Of a DNA stretch of 64,000 bases, positions 62,260-64,000 are shown one piece after another. Origin of the DNA: Macrostomum hystrix (taxonomy: Eukaryota > Animalia > Platyhelminthes); contig CATNEN010000003.1 in the NCBI GenBank assembly GCA_950097015.1, positions 8,246,001 through 8,310,000 of the forward strand. Reading direction: 5' to 3'. Within the stretch, counting starts at the first letter, position 1, and every line of letters starts with the position of its first letter. The notes beneath the pieces are model-generated. The model saw only the letters and a program-made list of their open reading frames with translations, ran no database searches and had not been told where the DNA came from. Position numbers and translations under genes: made by a program.

Positions 62260-63725
62260 ATGTCTGACGAGGTTGTCACCGTTGTTAATAATAGTCCGAT
62301 TATTAATTCGTCTACAACTGCTGCTATTGGTAAGAAGATTGCTAATAGCATGCCTGATGACGAGGCTGCGAATGGTAATAATAGTATAGAGAATGGAGCT
62401 GAAAATGCTGTTAACGCTGAATCAATGGACGAAGACTCAACTACTGATGATGCTGCAGTCAGTGGTAAGTGTTTTGTTTTTAGTTTGTTGGCTTTTTAAC
62501 AATAAAAATACTCCGAGGCAAATAGTTTTTCTGTATCTCCCAACATGTTCAACCGATCGCAAATAGTACGTATAATAATAATAATTGCACGAGGGCTGAG
62601 GGCAATTGCACATCATTTAGTGACACTAGACCCGCAACCAGCGAGGAGGCAATTCTGCCCATTTCGCTGACTCCTGAGCACACAAGCGCACAGATACTGT
62701 ACGCAGGCATACGCTCACACAGGTGTGTACATCTGCCCTGACTTTCTCATCGTCTGGCAGTGTACACTCTCACTGTGCCTTGGAGGTTGGCCTACAAGGG
62801 CGTAAATTGCACGACAAGCCCCCAAGCCTTCTCTCTTCGCGGGTGCGCCCCAAATCAATGTGGCCTCGCCGTGGAATCGAACTTATGGTCCGTGGTGCGA
62901 GAGGCAAACGCGTTAACCGCTCTGCCACCTACTTACTTTAATTTTCCGCTCAACTTCCGATAAAACAACTTCCAGAATCACCTATCATCAGGTGATCTGG
63001 TGACAAAATCCACCAACATATTTTGAATTTTTCTATACATGTCTGCTATTTTATTGTGGATTATTATACTATTAATCCAATATGTATTCGTCGTTTATGC
63101 AAGAGCTATTTTAGTCGTCCGTGTCACCAGGGTCTTTGACAAGAATCGTTGAATATCTCGACGATGTTCATTGACTATGCTGTGGTATTTCTCCAGGAGA
63201 AAACGCGGTGGTCTTTATACTGTTAATAAATTAATCGAATATAATGTGTTCCTCCAGACAATCGCACTGCCATTGAGTCTACACCAGAGCAGTCCGGTGA
63301 TCATTGTTCAACAGTTACCGACAAGGCTGAATTAGCTGACAGCTCTCAGAAGCAAGATAAGACCAAGACTGTAGCCGATAGCGCTAGTACTAATAATAAC
63401 GGGAAAGGTTGCCCAGATACCGCCGAGGTCAAAGGCAAAAATGTGTCCACAGACATGTACACTAATAAAGACAATGGAGCGGACACTAGCCTGCACGAGT
63501 CCGCTGCTGACAGACACGGTTTTAGCGATGCTATAAATGATGAAGACAATCGTCAGCGTCATCATCCCCATGATGTGCCAGCAGATGAAGAACTCGAAGA
63601 GGATGACGCCGAGTCTCCCGAAGGCGCCGATGATGATGATCAGCGCAGTCGAAGCCGCGGTGGAGCTCGCAGGAAACGAACTTCTGGTGTCAGCCTCAAT
63701 GGTACTAATAGCGTGGTTGGTGTTG
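62260..63725 (+). CDS. 5' exons (62260-62464, 63258-63725) of an unidentified protein with an acidic, low-complexity N-terminus; continues beyond the window
   Basis: ATG at 62260, donor G|GTAAGT, acceptor CCTCCAG|AC (phase 1), donor G|GTGAGT. Open reading throughout. Basic RRKR motif. Confidence 0.75.
62572..62929 (-). mobile_element. SINE family A, near full-length copy in an intron
   Basis: Head GGTGGCAGAGCGGTTAACGCG...GTTCGATTCC, (ATT)n tail. Confidence 0.92.
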
Positions 63726-63784
63726 GTGAGTTAATTACCGTTTATTGAGGCTTTTATATGAGACTCGTGGATCAGAACGTCATT

Positions 63785-64000
63785 TGTCATTTGGGATCAG
63801 ATAGATGGTAATTGGTCATTTGGGATCAGATAGATGGAAATTGGTCATTTGGGATCAGATAGATGGTCATTGGTCATTTGGGATCAGATAGATGGTCATT
63901 GGTCATTTGGGTTAAAATCGTCATTGTTCATTTGGGATCAGATAGATGGTCATTGGTCATTTGGGATCAGATAGATGGTCATTGGTCATTTGGGATCAGA
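63785..64000. repeat. 29-bp minisatellite (TTGGTCATTTGGGATCAGATAGATGGTCA)n, truncated by the window edge
   Basis: Direct periodicity. Confidence 0.93.

Noticed and set aside
62725-62768. Hammerhead core (CUGACGA...GAAA in the family consensus) in SINE A
   Set aside because: No room for stems II and III. The segment folds as one plain hairpin.

Overview
Eukaryotic (metazoan) genomic DNA with GT-AG introns. Roughly a third of the window (by-eye estimate) consists of about 20 different minisatellite arrays. The style (intronic minisatellites, poly-Q/poly-G proteins, AG acceptors just upstream of start codons) suggests a flatworm such as Macrostomum, but that is inference. Genes reconstructed by hand: a 7-EC protocadherin (-), an orphan 2-TM protein (-), three intronless secreted PAN/apple + C-type-lectin paralogues (+,-,+; two frameshifted), AAR2 (-), tRNA-Thr(CGT), an 11-exon kinesin-8 KIF19 (-), a PAGR1/PA1-like gene (-), the GDP-fucose transporter SLC35C1 (+) and the 5' part of an unidentified acidic protein gene (+). 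Mobile DNA: seven copies of a tRNA-derived SINE, two CORE-type SINEs, a hAT-type MITE, a Merlin-type MITE and a probable Merlin transposase remnant. The most interesting structure is the lectin triad. The three genes alternate in orientation and share a 192-bp ~98% identical core between strongly diverged N- and C-terminal modules. Two of them are frameshifted at the same homologous site. This fits gene conversion or inversion-based module swapping.
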